This document shows, one piece after another, positions 1-10,327 of a DNA stretch of 64,000 nt. Every line of letters starts with the position of its first letter. The first letter of the stretch is position 1. The stretch comes from Candidatus Aenigmatarchaeota archaeon (GTDB taxonomy: Archaea; Thermoplasmatota; Thermoplasmata; Halarchaeoplasmatales; Halarchaeoplasmataceae). The notes under the pieces are model-generated. The model saw nothing but the letters and a program-made list of their open reading frames with translations. It had not been told where the DNA came from and did not search any database. The position numbers were made by a program, and so were the translations under genes. The stretch is from contig JBKHKA010000002.1 of the NCBI GenBank assembly GCA_046537845.1, positions 67,152 to 131,151 on the forward strand. The letters are read 5' to 3'.

Positions 1-3000
1 GAGTCGTAGACCATGATGTAGATTTCGCCCTCGACGAACCCCATACAGGCCGCTCGTACGAGATAGAAGTGGATATACAGAATATAGGATATAGAGGAAC
101 TTCTACTCTGGTAAGGATCAAAGAGGGAGAGGATTATATAGGCTCAGAGACGCTTTTCGTCGAAGGGTCTGAGAGAGTTTCTGAGGATGGCAGCACTTAC
201 TTCGATATCGAACCCGGAACCGCCACTTTGGAGATCACATGGAGACCATCTAATGCCGGCGAACGGGACATACGTGTCAGAGTGGATCCTCTCCGAAGGG
301 TTAGAGAGATCGCCGAGGATGGAGAGGAGGACGAAGAGAACAAGCTGATGGAATTCAACAATCAAGCTGCCGTGGAACAACCAGTTTACTTCTTCTACGA
401 TGATATGGAAGATGATACCGGCTATTGGAGACACGATTCCACCGTGGTGAACATCGACGGTACCGGTCCTCTAGATTTCGTGGATAGAGAGGACGTGGAC
501 ACCAAGGTTGCGGGTGATTGGGATGCCGATCATTCAGGTCTAACATACAATGATGGCAGCGCAGAGTTCGGTGAAGGCTATTACGAGACCGATGAGGAGG
601 ACGTAGAAGAGTTCACCGATAGTGCTCATTATACTTCACCGAGGTCCTATTGGATGCCTGAGACACCCGGTGCAGGGGAAGAGAGGAAACCGATGGATCT
701 GTACCTGGTTATAGATGAGTCAGGAAGTATGGGGAATACAGATGACGATTCCACCACTAGAATGGAATATGCTATAGACGCGGCTAAAGCGGCGGTGGGG
801 ATGCTCAGGGAAGGTGATAGGGTCACTGTGTATGGTTTTGACAGTTCCGTCACTAAAATCGTAGACCGTGCATGGACGAATACCTCTACTGATCGTGCTA
901 ACATAAACAGCACTATAGAAGATCTAGAGGCTGGGGGAGGCACCTCATTGTTCGATGCGACCGCTGCCGCAGTGAGAGACATGGACGGAATCGATAGAGA
1001 CAGCGTGATGGGTTTGGTCACTTTGACTGACGGTGTGAGCAACAGTGATGACAACGATAATTACCTCTATGCCCCTGGTGGTGGTGATGGAAATGAACCT
1101 GATGAACCTGCCCCAGCTGAATATTACCAGAAAGGACAAGAAAGCGGACTCCTCGGGATACCATACAATGTATTCACTGTGACTATAGGAAATGCTCCTG
1201 ATGCACGTATGCACTCTATACCTGCAACCTCTACAGCTGATATCGCTTATGGGGTTTATGAATCGGATGCCGCAAAACTCCAAGGTCTATTCGAGATGTT
1301 TATATCAGAATTGATGAAGGAGTCCCAAGGAGGGCTAAAATCGGTACAAGACAGATTAGAGCGAGATAAATATAATAATAATATTATCCAAAATACGGTA
1401 GAAGATACAGAGTTCATGGTTTTCTCCGACGGTTTCAGAACGAAAGATTGGACCGCTCCTGGTTATGGTGCCTGGTCTTCCTCTGGTTTTGAGTATAATG
1501 ATAGGGAGCTGGAGTGGGATGGAGATAGGACGTGTATAAAAGCGGATTCAAATGGGGAATCAGTTAGTCAAACGATAGATCCAAGTGTAATGTTAAACGA
1601 AATGAGCGGCAGTTATAGTATTAAAGGTGCGTATGTTTCGTTCCTTTTAGAAACAGAGGAGGTTGGTTGGTGGGACCCAGATCAATCATCTCTTAATATG
1701 AGGATAGATGGATCTGATGTCTTCACGGGCATGGAAGATGATTGGGGAGATTATCATAAAGAGGACATATCATCCTATGTCTCGGGAGAAGACTCGTTCG
1801 ATCTTGAATTTATCCATGACGGTGATCCTGGAGCTGATCTGTGGCTCGACGATGTCAGCGTCACATACGAGCTCGACTACGATCCAGAAGAAAAGGAGGA
1901 AAGTGACTACGAACAGGCTGTCGGTACCGATGCGAACTACAGATACACGACCACACCAGAGATAGACGTGAGAGACACCGCATCAGAAAAGCTGAGGTTC
2001 CGGACGAGATACAGCATGACGGAAGGGACCAACGGTGGGATGATGTATCTCTGGGGCAACAACGGCGGTGACTGGGAATGGAAAAAGAATAGTAGACGCT
2101 ACATCAGACCTGAGCAGTCTTATACGGGTAACTTAGATTTCGATGAAGTTGAGAATCACAGTTCCACCGGAGGACCGGATCTGACCGGTGACGGAGGTAC
2201 TGGTTTGATCGATAGAGAAGATGATCTGCCCTACTGGTGTTTCAACGGTAAAAGTGGAAGCGGTGCTTTCGACTGGCAGTTTGTGAGCGTAGACCTGAGC
2301 GATTATGAAAACTTTATGGGTGACTTCGACGAGGTCCGTGTCGTTTTCGTCATGGCCCAGATGGGTGGGATCTCCCCGGAAAGTGGTTGGAACGAGGACA
2401 TGGGCTGGTATATCGATAACGTAAATCTGAGAGTGACTAGAACGGCGGAAGGTGAAATACCTCAAGACGGTAACGGATACTGGATGAGGGTCAACAAGAC
2501 CGAACTAGAGGATGAAAAAGGGTTCAATATCCCAGTGGGTGAAGAAGATAAGTATTATGACCATACTTTAGGTGACGAAAACGGCCACTATTGGCTCTAT
2601 ACGAGAAATGATAACGACGAGACGGCGCTTCCTCAAGGAGTGGATTCGAGCCTCTATACTTCGATGATATCACTCGACAACGCTGAGCAGCCCGAATTGA
2701 TCGCCTATATGAAGTTCAATCTCGATAATACTTCTGCAGTTCCACCTGACGGTCTGAGGATAGAAGTCTCTGAAAACGATGGAAGGTCGTGGGATTCACT
2801 CACCTACGGTATCAGATCAGGATGGGGGGCCAGCGGAGATACTGAGCATGGAAAATATTCGGGTGAGACCGATGACGGCGAATATGGTTGGGTAAACGCT
2901 TCAAGCTTAGCTAGGGTGAGTACCGATCTCTCGGGATACAGAGGAGAGAACATAATCCTCAGGTTCAGAGTGTTCACGAACTTGACCGATTCCTACGAAG

Positions 3001-3323
3001 TCGATGATCTACCCAAGGGTATCTTCATAGACGACGTGATGGTGGTCGAAAGCGATATGGATATCTCGGCGGTGGATACAGAAAACCCCTTGGAAGATGA
3101 CCTTGGGCCCATGAAGGAAAACAGAGTTCAAACCGGATTCGCGACGCCCTCGCTGTTGAGTCAGAACCATCTACAGTTCGTCTTTAAGGAGATCAACAAA
3201 GAGCCTTTGGGTCAACTAGAGATATTCAGATCCAACATCTTCACCTCGACATATGGTCTTGATCATGAGGTTGTAGATATGAAAACTAATCCTGTTTTGG
3301 ATGAAAGGAGGGGTAAACTATGA
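1..3323 (+). CDS. Giant acidic secreted/surface protein with vWA domain, 5'-truncated by the window edge (tandem paralog of the next gene)
   Basis: The frame is open from nt 3. Nt 3-68 translate to VVDHDVDFALDEPHTGRSYEIEV, which aligns with VVDYDIEVSTDHPETGRSYEVTV inside the downstream gene, so the GTG at 69 is not the true start. vWA domain with intact MIDAS (DLYLVIDESGSMG, GGGTSL, LTDG; nt ~690-1060). CARDB-like segment at the N-terminal end. Very D/E-rich. Confidence 0.85.
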   Translation, partial: VVDHDVDFALDEPHTGRSYEIEVDIQNIGYRGTSTLVRIKEGEDYIGSETLFVEGSERVSEDGSTYFDIEPGTATLEITWRPSNAGERDIRVRVDPLRRVREIAEDGEEDEENKLMEFNNQAAVEQPVYFFYDDMEDDTGYWRHDSTVVNIDGTGPLDFVDREDVDTKVAGDWDADHSGLTYNDGSAEFGEGYYETDEEDVEEFTDSAHYTSPRSYWMPETPGAGEERKPMDLYLVIDESGSMGNTDDDSTTRMEYAIDAAKAAVGMLREGDRVTVYGFDSSVTKIVDRAWTNTSTDRANINSTIEDLEAGGGTSLFDATAAAVRDMDGIDRDSVMGLVTLTDGVSNSDDNDNYLYAPGGGDGNEPDEPAPAEYYQKGQESGLLGIPYNVFTVTIGNAPDARMHSIPATSTADIAYGVYESDAAKLQGLFEMFISELMKESQGGLKSVQDRLERDKYNNNIIQNTVEDTEFMVFSDGFRTKDWTAPGYGAWSSSGFEYNDRELEWDGDRTCIKADSNGESVSQTIDPSVMLNEMSGSYSIKGAYVSFLLETEEVGWWDPDQSSLNMRIDGSDVFTGMEDDWGDYHKEDISSYVSGEDSFDLEFIHDGDPGADLWLDDVSVTYELDYDPEEKEESDYEQAVGTDANYRYTTTPEIDVRDTASEKLRFRTRYSMTEGTNGGMMYLWGNNGGDWEWKKNSRRYIRPEQSYTGNLDFDEVENHSSTGGPDLTGDGGTGLIDREDDLPYWCFNGKSGSGAFDWQFVSVDLSDYENFMGDFDEVRVVFVMAQMGGISPESGWNEDMGWYIDNVNLRVTRTAEGEIPQDGNGYWMRVNKTELEDEKGFNIPVGEEDKYYDHTLGDENGHYWLYTRNDNDETALPQGVDSSLYTSMISLDNAEQPELIAYMKFNLDNTSAVPPDGLRIEVSENDGRSWDSLTYGIRSGWGASGDTEHGKYSGETDDGEYGWVNASSLARVSTDLSGYRGENIILRFRVFTNLTDSYEVDDLPKGIFIDDVMVVESDMDISAVDTENPLEDDLGPMKENRVQTGFATPSLLSQNHLQFVFKEINKEPLGQLEIFRSNIFTSTYGLDHEVVDMKTNPVLDERRGKL

Positions 3324-6300
3324 AAAACCAAGCTAGAAAGATGAAAAAAGGTATCAAAAGTATCAGGAAGCGAACTCATAGTAGAGACAGACCCGATGAC
3401 GAAGAAGGTATATCAGAGGTAGTGGGAAGCATCTTGACGTTGACGATAACGGTGGTTATCTTCACCAGCGTTTTCGCCTCTGTAACACAATTGGAGGGAC
3501 CTGAAGAACAACCTCATGTGGATTTCTCCACAGAATATGAGTACACCGCCCAAGCGGACTATATCAACATCACACACGAAGGCGGAAAGAATTTAGATCT
3601 AGATGACCACTCATTCATAGTTGTAGTGGATGACACCGGCGGTGAAGATTCTAGAAGCTACAGCATCGATGACGATGAGATGACCACTACGGGTGATGAA
3701 TCTTCCTTCATAATAGGGGATGAGATATGCATCAAGATCGAAGATGAATTAGATATCTCTCCTGACTCTAGGATGGAACTCATGGTCCGGCAGGACAGCA
3801 ATTCCCAGATCATCTATAGAACGATCCTGTTGGAAGAGGACCGGGAGCTTTTGGACATAAGGAACGCCCGTATAGAGTATAAATTCATATGGAGAGAACA
3901 TGCAGAACCCGGCGAGGAGATCTCCATAAAGGCTGAAGTCCTCGCTCCGATCTATCTAAGACAGGACGATTTCCGTCCTGAAGAACTCAACGTGACCGCC
4001 TCTACTCTCCAAGATGGCATCCTCTACCACGAGGAGAAGGAGGAAGAGGTGAAGGAAGTCGAGCTTGAACACTATCACAAAGGAGAATTCAGGAGTGAAA
4101 ACATAAGTGTTGTTGATGATGTGGATCATACCAGTTACAGCGTGAAGATAAACGCTGTCCACGAAGCTGAAGGTCTTGAAGCCACTCCAGAATACATATC
4201 CCTTCACGTGGGCAAGCCGGCGGTGAGGCGGTACCAGGCGGACTTGGTCATAGGAAATATAGATTACGAGCCCGGTTCACCGAGCCATAATGAAGAATTC
4301 AGGGTAAAGATCCAAATATTCAACAGGGGCGCTCAAAATTACACCGCGGACTGGAAGTTGAAAGATAACGATGTGCTAAAACATGAAGATACCACCACTT
4401 TTATCAAGGGACCTGATCCAACAGTAGTGACAGCAGAGTATGACATAATGGGTGTAGATTATCACAAGATCGAAGTCAGTGTGAACACCTCTTTCGAGGA
4501 CGAAGACGGCAGTACGGTGGAGGATGCAAATCCAGAGAACAACAGGAAGACCTTTGACGTATATGTGGACCCAAATATGCTCATCGTGAAGGACATGACC
4601 GCCGACGACGATCATGAAGATGGTCTGATGGAGAATGCTCTTACCGATCTGGATTTCGATTATGGAGTTCACAGCGTCGAATCGGAAGATGAATATCCTG
4701 AGAGCGATCACTTGAATCAATACAGCATATGTATATGGGTCACCGGTAGTGGGACAGACGATGAAGACATAGCACCTCTGCCGCCGTCGGCTCAAGATGA
4801 GTTGATTAAATTCATCGAAGAAGATAACGGGAGATTATGGCTGTTGGGCTCGAACCTTAACGAAGTCGATTTTCAAAACGATTTTAGAGCACTGCTGGGT
4901 ATAAGCAGCGGGATCGGAGATACGGATGAAACCACTCTTCATGGCGAATTGGAAAACCCTGAAGATGATGAAGACGGGACTTACGGGGATCACACTTATC
5001 CCGTATATTCAGATACCACAGCTCACGAACTGAGCTTGAAGAGCGGTGTGGAAGACGAAAATACACTACAACACGATCAAGGAAATAATGAGATCGTTGG
5101 GGTAGGGTACGACAGCGATACCGATGAAAATAAAAGGACGGCCTTGAACTCTTTCCTCTTCGAATCTGTTTCACATCCCGCAGCTAGAGGAAACATGGCT
5201 CAGGAAGTCATCAAATGGCTGTCCAACTTGACCGTGAGAACGGGAACAGATGTTTCGGTCTCTTCTCAAATGATAGAGCCCACTGCACCGATGTTCATGG
5301 ATAACGTTACTATAAACGCAACTTTGAGAAACAACGGTGCTGAAGACGTGAACGTGACTGTCAGAGCGCTCAGGAACCAGGGGGAAGAAGTGTTGGAGCC
5401 AGTGTTGGACGAACCTTGGCTTCACATCCCAGGTCGAGGAGGAACCGCAAATGTGGAGTTCTTTTGGGAAGCTGACGAATTAGGTACTCACGAATTCTTG
5501 GTCGTGGCGGATTATTACAACGAGCTCGACGAAAACACCCGAGAGAACAACGACATCACCTACAAGAACTTAGAGATAACTGAGGACGTGGTAGAAGTCA
5601 ACGTGCAGTACTCGACTCTGGTGGTCGATGCCGATGTGTCGGAGGATACAAATGTTGACTATGAAAACGTGACCAAACATGTTACAGATTCGCTAGACCG
5701 GTTGGGCCAAGAGAGAGGAGAAACCTATGATTACTATTATGTTGAAGATCCTGCTAACGATAATGGACCCACTGCCAGCTACATGCGCAATTACAATGCG
5801 ATAATCTGGGTGACCGGGGAGAGAGGCAGCGACGTGGGACAGGATATAGTCTTCACAGAAGAGGATGCGGAACGATTACTCGATTACTTTGAAGTGGAGG
5901 AGCGCGGGAATGTGATATTTATCGGTGAAAATATCTTGAGTTACCTGTATGATAATGATGAGATAGATCCTAATGACGCTCAGGCCTTGATCGAGTATAT
6001 GGGCGTTGATCCTTCCTCCATAGAAGATGATGATGCTTCTCCCACTCACATCATAGGTGAAAACGACAGCCAGCTCGGGCGGAACCTCAGGTACAGGCTC
6101 AGTGGCGCCTCAGATATCGACACTTTCGACGATACTTCCTCGAACGGAGACGTGCTTTTCACAGACGGTGTTGACAATCTAGCCTCCGTATATGATGACG
6201 GTTCTATACGGAACGTGTATATGGGCATAAACCCCAACAGATTTCAGGGGCCTCTCTTGACCGGAGAAGATTTCGAGACATGGCCTGGAGGAGACGTTAA

Positions 6301-9300
6301 CCTTTCTTATGAGAACGTGAGAGATGAGTTCTTTTACACCAACTTATGGTACCTCGGGATGAACGATGAAAGAGCTGACCTGAGAGTGGTCGATTACGAT
6401 ATAGAGGTATCTACCGACCATCCAGAAACGGGTCGATCATACGAAGTGACGGTGGAGATCGAGAACTTTGGTTATAAAGGCGCCTCTACAATGGTCAGAG
6501 TGAAGGAAGGAGATGACCATATCGGGACTAGAACGGTCTTCGTCGAAGGGTCTAGAAGAGACTCACCGGACAGCAGTTCTTACTTCAACGTTGAGCCCGG
6601 CAGCGTTACGGTGGAATTCACATGGGACCCGATGTTCGCTGGAAATAGACCGCTCCGGGTCAAGATCGATCCGCTGCGGTTAGTAGATGAGATAGAACCT
6701 TATGGGGAAGAGGGAACGGAAGACAAGATAATGGAGTTCGACAATCAAGCTGTAGTGACGAATCCGGTGCACTACTTCTACGATGATATGGAGAGGGGTC
6801 CTGGAAAATGGGAGCACGACGCCACCCTGATGAATATCGACGGTCTATCACCCCTAAATTTCATAGGAAGGAGAGACTTAAATACGAACGTTGAAGGTGA
6901 ATGGGACTGGGATATGAGCGGAACTACCAGTGTACGGGAAGAAGGAGAATTGGGCAAGGGCGCAGGCGTTTATGAAACTGACGACCCGGCTGTACACAAC
7001 TTCACAAATAACGCTTCTCACACACCACCTCGTTCTTTCTGGTTGCCTGAAAGTGAAGGAGATCCGGAGATGAGGGGCAGACAGCCGTTGGACATAGTAA
7101 TGGTATTTGATCGTGGGATAGAATCTGAACAAGATTATAACGATGCGGTAGATGCAGCTGAGGCTTTGATCGATTTCTTGAAAATTGACGATGGCGATGA
7201 TAGAGTTGCGATATATTCTAGTCAAGGAGCGGCGATTAATGATGATTTAACTTTAGAGCAGAGTGAAGGTATGAGTGAAGATGATATCAAAGATAAAATT
7301 CCTGATTGGAAAAAACACAATCCTCAAAAAGCGATCCTAGACTCTACATCTATAGCCATTGAAGAATTAGATGATGTAGATGATGAGAGAGCAAATAAAT
7401 CGACTAGTGGTATTATTACCTTTACAGATGGGCTCAGTACTCAGGACCAAGGTGAGAAATACACCCCAGCTAAAGGACAGGGTGGTGAACCAAATCAGCG
7501 GGGACCTGCCCAATGGTATCATAGAGATGCCGATGATGAAAAAGGTTTACTTGGGATTCCATACAATATAATGACATTGACTATAAGCGATAAGGTAGAA
7601 GGAAGACATCATTGGATCTCAGCAGCTTCCGATGCTAATGTCAGTTATGGTATATTGGAAAGGGAGACTGAAAAATTAAAAGCTCTTTACAAAATGTTTG
7701 TTATGGATTTGATCCAATCTGAGCGGGGTGAATTGAGGTCAATCCCGAAAGAAGAATTAGATACGAGAAACAGCAAAATGACATCAGGTGATTCTCTTCT
7801 TAATAATCCACCTGTGATAGAAAATACAGAGTTCTTTGTTTATACAGATGCTTTTACCACTGGTCACCTTGACGATGAGGTCGATTATTATGATTGGAAA
7901 GGTGGAAAGAGAATTCCAGCCTACAGTGATTACGATAAATTGGAGTTTGATATTGTTACGGGTAAAGGGAAAGTTGGAACAGGCACTGATAATTGGGTTT
8001 GGGCTGAATCCGACACCGCTGGAGAAAAAATTGCAAATACAGTATACCCAAGAGACACTCTAGATGAATTAGAAGGCGATTACGGAGTGAAAGGAGCATA
8101 CGCTAAGATGTATGTTGAAACTGATGGGTCCAGTTTGGAATTACGAATAAATGATAATCTTGTAGAAACAGATATTACAGGAAATGGAGAATACATTAAC
8201 ATCCCTCTTGATTTTATATCTAATCCGGAACCATTTGATTTCGTAATTGAACATAAAGATGGAGGTGACGTTATCCTGGATGATCTCTCCTTCACATACG
8301 ATATAGATTATATCCCAGAAGGCGAATACGGGCAAGAAATCGGTACAGATAATAAGTACCGATTCTTAACCACCCCCTCAGTGGATATTGGAAGCATAGA
8401 GGACCTAAGGGACGCAGAACTTGAGTTCCAGAACAAATATTGGTTGGAGGAAGGTACCACTGGGGGCTTCATCTATCTCTGGGGCAAGAATGAGAATGAA
8501 AATTGGGACTGGGCACAGGAGAACAGACTTTACGTTGAACCTCAACAATCCTATACTGGCAATCTGAACTTGGAAAGGGTCGAGGAAGAAAGTGACGAAG
8601 GGGGTTTGGGTATCACCGATCTAGATGGTGAGCCAGGAGATGGTCTGAGAGATGCAAAAGGTGAGCTCCCGCAGTGGGTCTTCAACGGTAAAAGCCAGGA
8701 TGGAACCTTTGATTGGAGACACATATCTGTGGATGTGGGTCAGTATGACGAGTTTATAGAGGATCATGATGAGATCAGAGCAGTTTTCACTCTAGCACAA
8801 TTTGGAGGTGTTACAAAAGAAGACGGTTGGGAATCCAAAAAAGGTTGGTACCTTGATAACATAAGATTTAAAGTATCTTCAGGATGGAGCAGCGACGGAC
8901 CGGGTTATTGGAATCTGACCAGCGCTTCTCAGCTCAACGAGATGGGTATATCTATAAATGAGGATGATGAAAATTACCACGATCACACTCATGGCGACGA
9001 AGACGGCCATTACTGGATGTTCACGGCAGAAGAAGGCGGTGAAGACAGACTTCCCCAGGGTATAGATTCAAGCCTTTATACCCGACCGATCTATCTAGAT
9101 ACTGCAGATCAACCGGTCCTTACTGCACACATGAAGTTCAACATCGATGATGGTTCTGGATTACCTCCAGATGGACTGAGGGTCGAAGTCTCCGACGACG
9201 ATGGAAAGACTTGGGACTCCATCACTTACGGTGTAAGATCAGGATGGGGTGCTAGCGGCGATTCGGCAAACGGAGAGTACTCCGGTGAAAGCGAAGATGG

Positions 9301-10264
9301 TGGATACGGCTGGGTAGAGAGCGACTCTTTAGTCAGACTGCAATCCGATCTTTCTGGTTGGAGAGGAGAGAGGATAATACTTCGATTCAGGGTCTTCACC
9401 AACACCACTGAGAAGTATTCTGACGATAATCTTCCCAAAGCCATCTTCATAGACGATGTCTGGATAACAGAAGGCGGTCTAGCAATGGATCAAGAACCTC
9501 ACTCGCTGGAATTCGACGGGGACGACGATTATGTTGACCTAGAGACTGACTTTTATGACCCTCAAACATTTTCGTGGGCGTTCTGGGTAAATCCAGATGA
9601 GCTTGATGAAGATGGAGACAATAATTATAGAAGGATTATCACATCATCGGATTCTGCTGCAAACATCATCCTTATTGAAGAAAATGGAGATGTTTCATTT
9701 AGGGTTCCTGGAGTTGAGACAGACAATTTCAAAGCAGGAAATGTGCCCTTAAACGATTGGGCTCATGTAGTATGTGTTTATGACCAATCTGATAGAATAA
9801 TCTATGTAAATGGAAATGAGGACGATAGAGAGAATATCGGCAGTGGGACAGTTGATTTTCCTCCAATTCAGTTAGTTCACCCGGGTTCTCAGACCTTTGA
9901 TGGAAACATAGACGACGTCCGCCTATACGACCGGGCTCTCACTCCGAGCGAGATAAGCGGTCTCTTCGGCGGACAGGATATCATGGACGGCTTAGTGGGC
10001 TGGTGGCCTATGGATGAAGGAGAGGGGGATCTGGCCTACGATTACTCCGGCAACAGGAACCACGGCACCATCTACGGGGCCTCGTGGAGTACGGATACGC
10101 CTTTTGCATATCTACCCACTGGAGGATCCGAGGCTGAGATATCATGGTCAGAAGGATCAGATCTAGCTCCGTTCGACATAGAACCCGTAGATATCGATGA
10201 GAAACCGATGGCGATAGACTCACAGATCGTTCCTCCAACGAAGGAAACAGATCGAGATAATTAA
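3320..10264 (+). CDS. Giant (2314 aa) surface protein with archaeal type IV pilin-like (class III) signal peptide, CARDB-like repeats, degenerate vWA-like module and C-terminal LamG/ConA-like lectin domain
   Basis: ATGA start/stop overlap with the upstream gene, with GGAGGGG a few nt upstream. The N-terminus (basic stretch, then EEG-ISEVVGSILTLTITVVIFTSVF) matches the archaeal pilin/DUF1628-type pattern. Nt ~6386-9480 are paralogous to gene 1. LamG signature HSLEFDGDDDYVDL...FDGNIDDVRLYDRALTPSEI at nt ~9490-9990. Confidence 0.9.
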   Translation: MKNQARKMKKGIKSIRKRTHSRDRPDDEEGISEVVGSILTLTITVVIFTSVFASVTQLEGPEEQPHVDFSTEYEYTAQADYINITHEGGKNLDLDDHSFIVVVDDTGGEDSRSYSIDDDEMTTTGDESSFIIGDEICIKIEDELDISPDSRMELMVRQDSNSQIIYRTILLEEDRELLDIRNARIEYKFIWREHAEPGEEISIKAEVLAPIYLRQDDFRPEELNVTASTLQDGILYHEEKEEEVKEVELEHYHKGEFRSENISVVDDVDHTSYSVKINAVHEAEGLEATPEYISLHVGKPAVRRYQADLVIGNIDYEPGSPSHNEEFRVKIQIFNRGAQNYTADWKLKDNDVLKHEDTTTFIKGPDPTVVTAEYDIMGVDYHKIEVSVNTSFEDEDGSTVEDANPENNRKTFDVYVDPNMLIVKDMTADDDHEDGLMENALTDLDFDYGVHSVESEDEYPESDHLNQYSICIWVTGSGTDDEDIAPLPPSAQDELIKFIEEDNGRLWLLGSNLNEVDFQNDFRALLGISSGIGDTDETTLHGELENPEDDEDGTYGDHTYPVYSDTTAHELSLKSGVEDENTLQHDQGNNEIVGVGYDSDTDENKRTALNSFLFESVSHPAARGNMAQEVIKWLSNLTVRTGTDVSVSSQMIEPTAPMFMDNVTINATLRNNGAEDVNVTVRALRNQGEEVLEPVLDEPWLHIPGRGGTANVEFFWEADELGTHEFLVVADYYNELDENTRENNDITYKNLEITEDVVEVNVQYSTLVVDADVSEDTNVDYENVTKHVTDSLDRLGQERGETYDYYYVEDPANDNGPTASYMRNYNAIIWVTGERGSDVGQDIVFTEEDAERLLDYFEVEERGNVIFIGENILSYLYDNDEIDPNDAQALIEYMGVDPSSIEDDDASPTHIIGENDSQLGRNLRYRLSGASDIDTFDDTSSNGDVLFTDGVDNLASVYDDGSIRNVYMGINPNRFQGPLLTGEDFETWPGGDVNLSYENVRDEFFYTNLWYLGMNDERADLRVVDYDIEVSTDHPETGRSYEVTVEIENFGYKGASTMVRVKEGDDHIGTRTVFVEGSRRDSPDSSSYFNVEPGSVTVEFTWDPMFAGNRPLRVKIDPLRLVDEIEPYGEEGTEDKIMEFDNQAVVTNPVHYFYDDMERGPGKWEHDATLMNIDGLSPLNFIGRRDLNTNVEGEWDWDMSGTTSVREEGELGKGAGVYETDDPAVHNFTNNASHTPPRSFWLPESEGDPEMRGRQPLDIVMVFDRGIESEQDYNDAVDAAEALIDFLKIDDGDDRVAIYSSQGAAINDDLTLEQSEGMSEDDIKDKIPDWKKHNPQKAILDSTSIAIEELDDVDDERANKSTSGIITFTDGLSTQDQGEKYTPAKGQGGEPNQRGPAQWYHRDADDEKGLLGIPYNIMTLTISDKVEGRHHWISAASDANVSYGILERETEKLKALYKMFVMDLIQSERGELRSIPKEELDTRNSKMTSGDSLLNNPPVIENTEFFVYTDAFTTGHLDDEVDYYDWKGGKRIPAYSDYDKLEFDIVTGKGKVGTGTDNWVWAESDTAGEKIANTVYPRDTLDELEGDYGVKGAYAKMYVETDGSSLELRINDNLVETDITGNGEYINIPLDFISNPEPFDFVIEHKDGGDVILDDLSFTYDIDYIPEGEYGQEIGTDNKYRFLTTPSVDIGSIEDLRDAELEFQNKYWLEEGTTGGFIYLWGKNENENWDWAQENRLYVEPQQSYTGNLNLERVEEESDEGGLGITDLDGEPGDGLRDAKGELPQWVFNGKSQDGTFDWRHISVDVGQYDEFIEDHDEIRAVFTLAQFGGVTKEDGWESKKGWYLDNIRFKVSSGWSSDGPGYWNLTSASQLNEMGISINEDDENYHDHTHGDEDGHYWMFTAEEGGEDRLPQGIDSSLYTRPIYLDTADQPVLTAHMKFNIDDGSGLPPDGLRVEVSDDDGKTWDSITYGVRSGWGASGDSANGEYSGESEDGGYGWVESDSLVRLQSDLSGWRGERIILRFRVFTNTTEKYSDDNLPKAIFIDDVWITEGGLAMDQEPHSLEFDGDDDYVDLETDFYDPQTFSWAFWVNPDELDEDGDNNYRRIITSSDSAANIILIEENGDVSFRVPGVETDNFKAGNVPLNDWAHVVCVYDQSDRIIYVNGNEDDRENIGSGTVDFPPIQLVHPGSQTFDGNIDDVRLYDRALTPSEISGLFGGQDIMDGLVGWWPMDEGEGDLAYDYSGNRNHGTIYGASWSTDTPFAYLPTGGSEAEISWSEGSDLAPFDIEPVDIDEKPMAIDSQIVPPTKETDRDN

Positions 10265-10327
10265 ACAACCGATTGATATTTCAAAACACATATTTATATA
10301 GGCCTTTACCGGTATCTTGTGGTAGAG

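Noticed and set aside
69-71. GTG at 69 offered by the ORF track as the start of the first giant gene
   Set aside because: The frame is open back to nt 3, and the upstream 22 codons align with the paralogous region of the next gene. The true start therefore lies outside the window.
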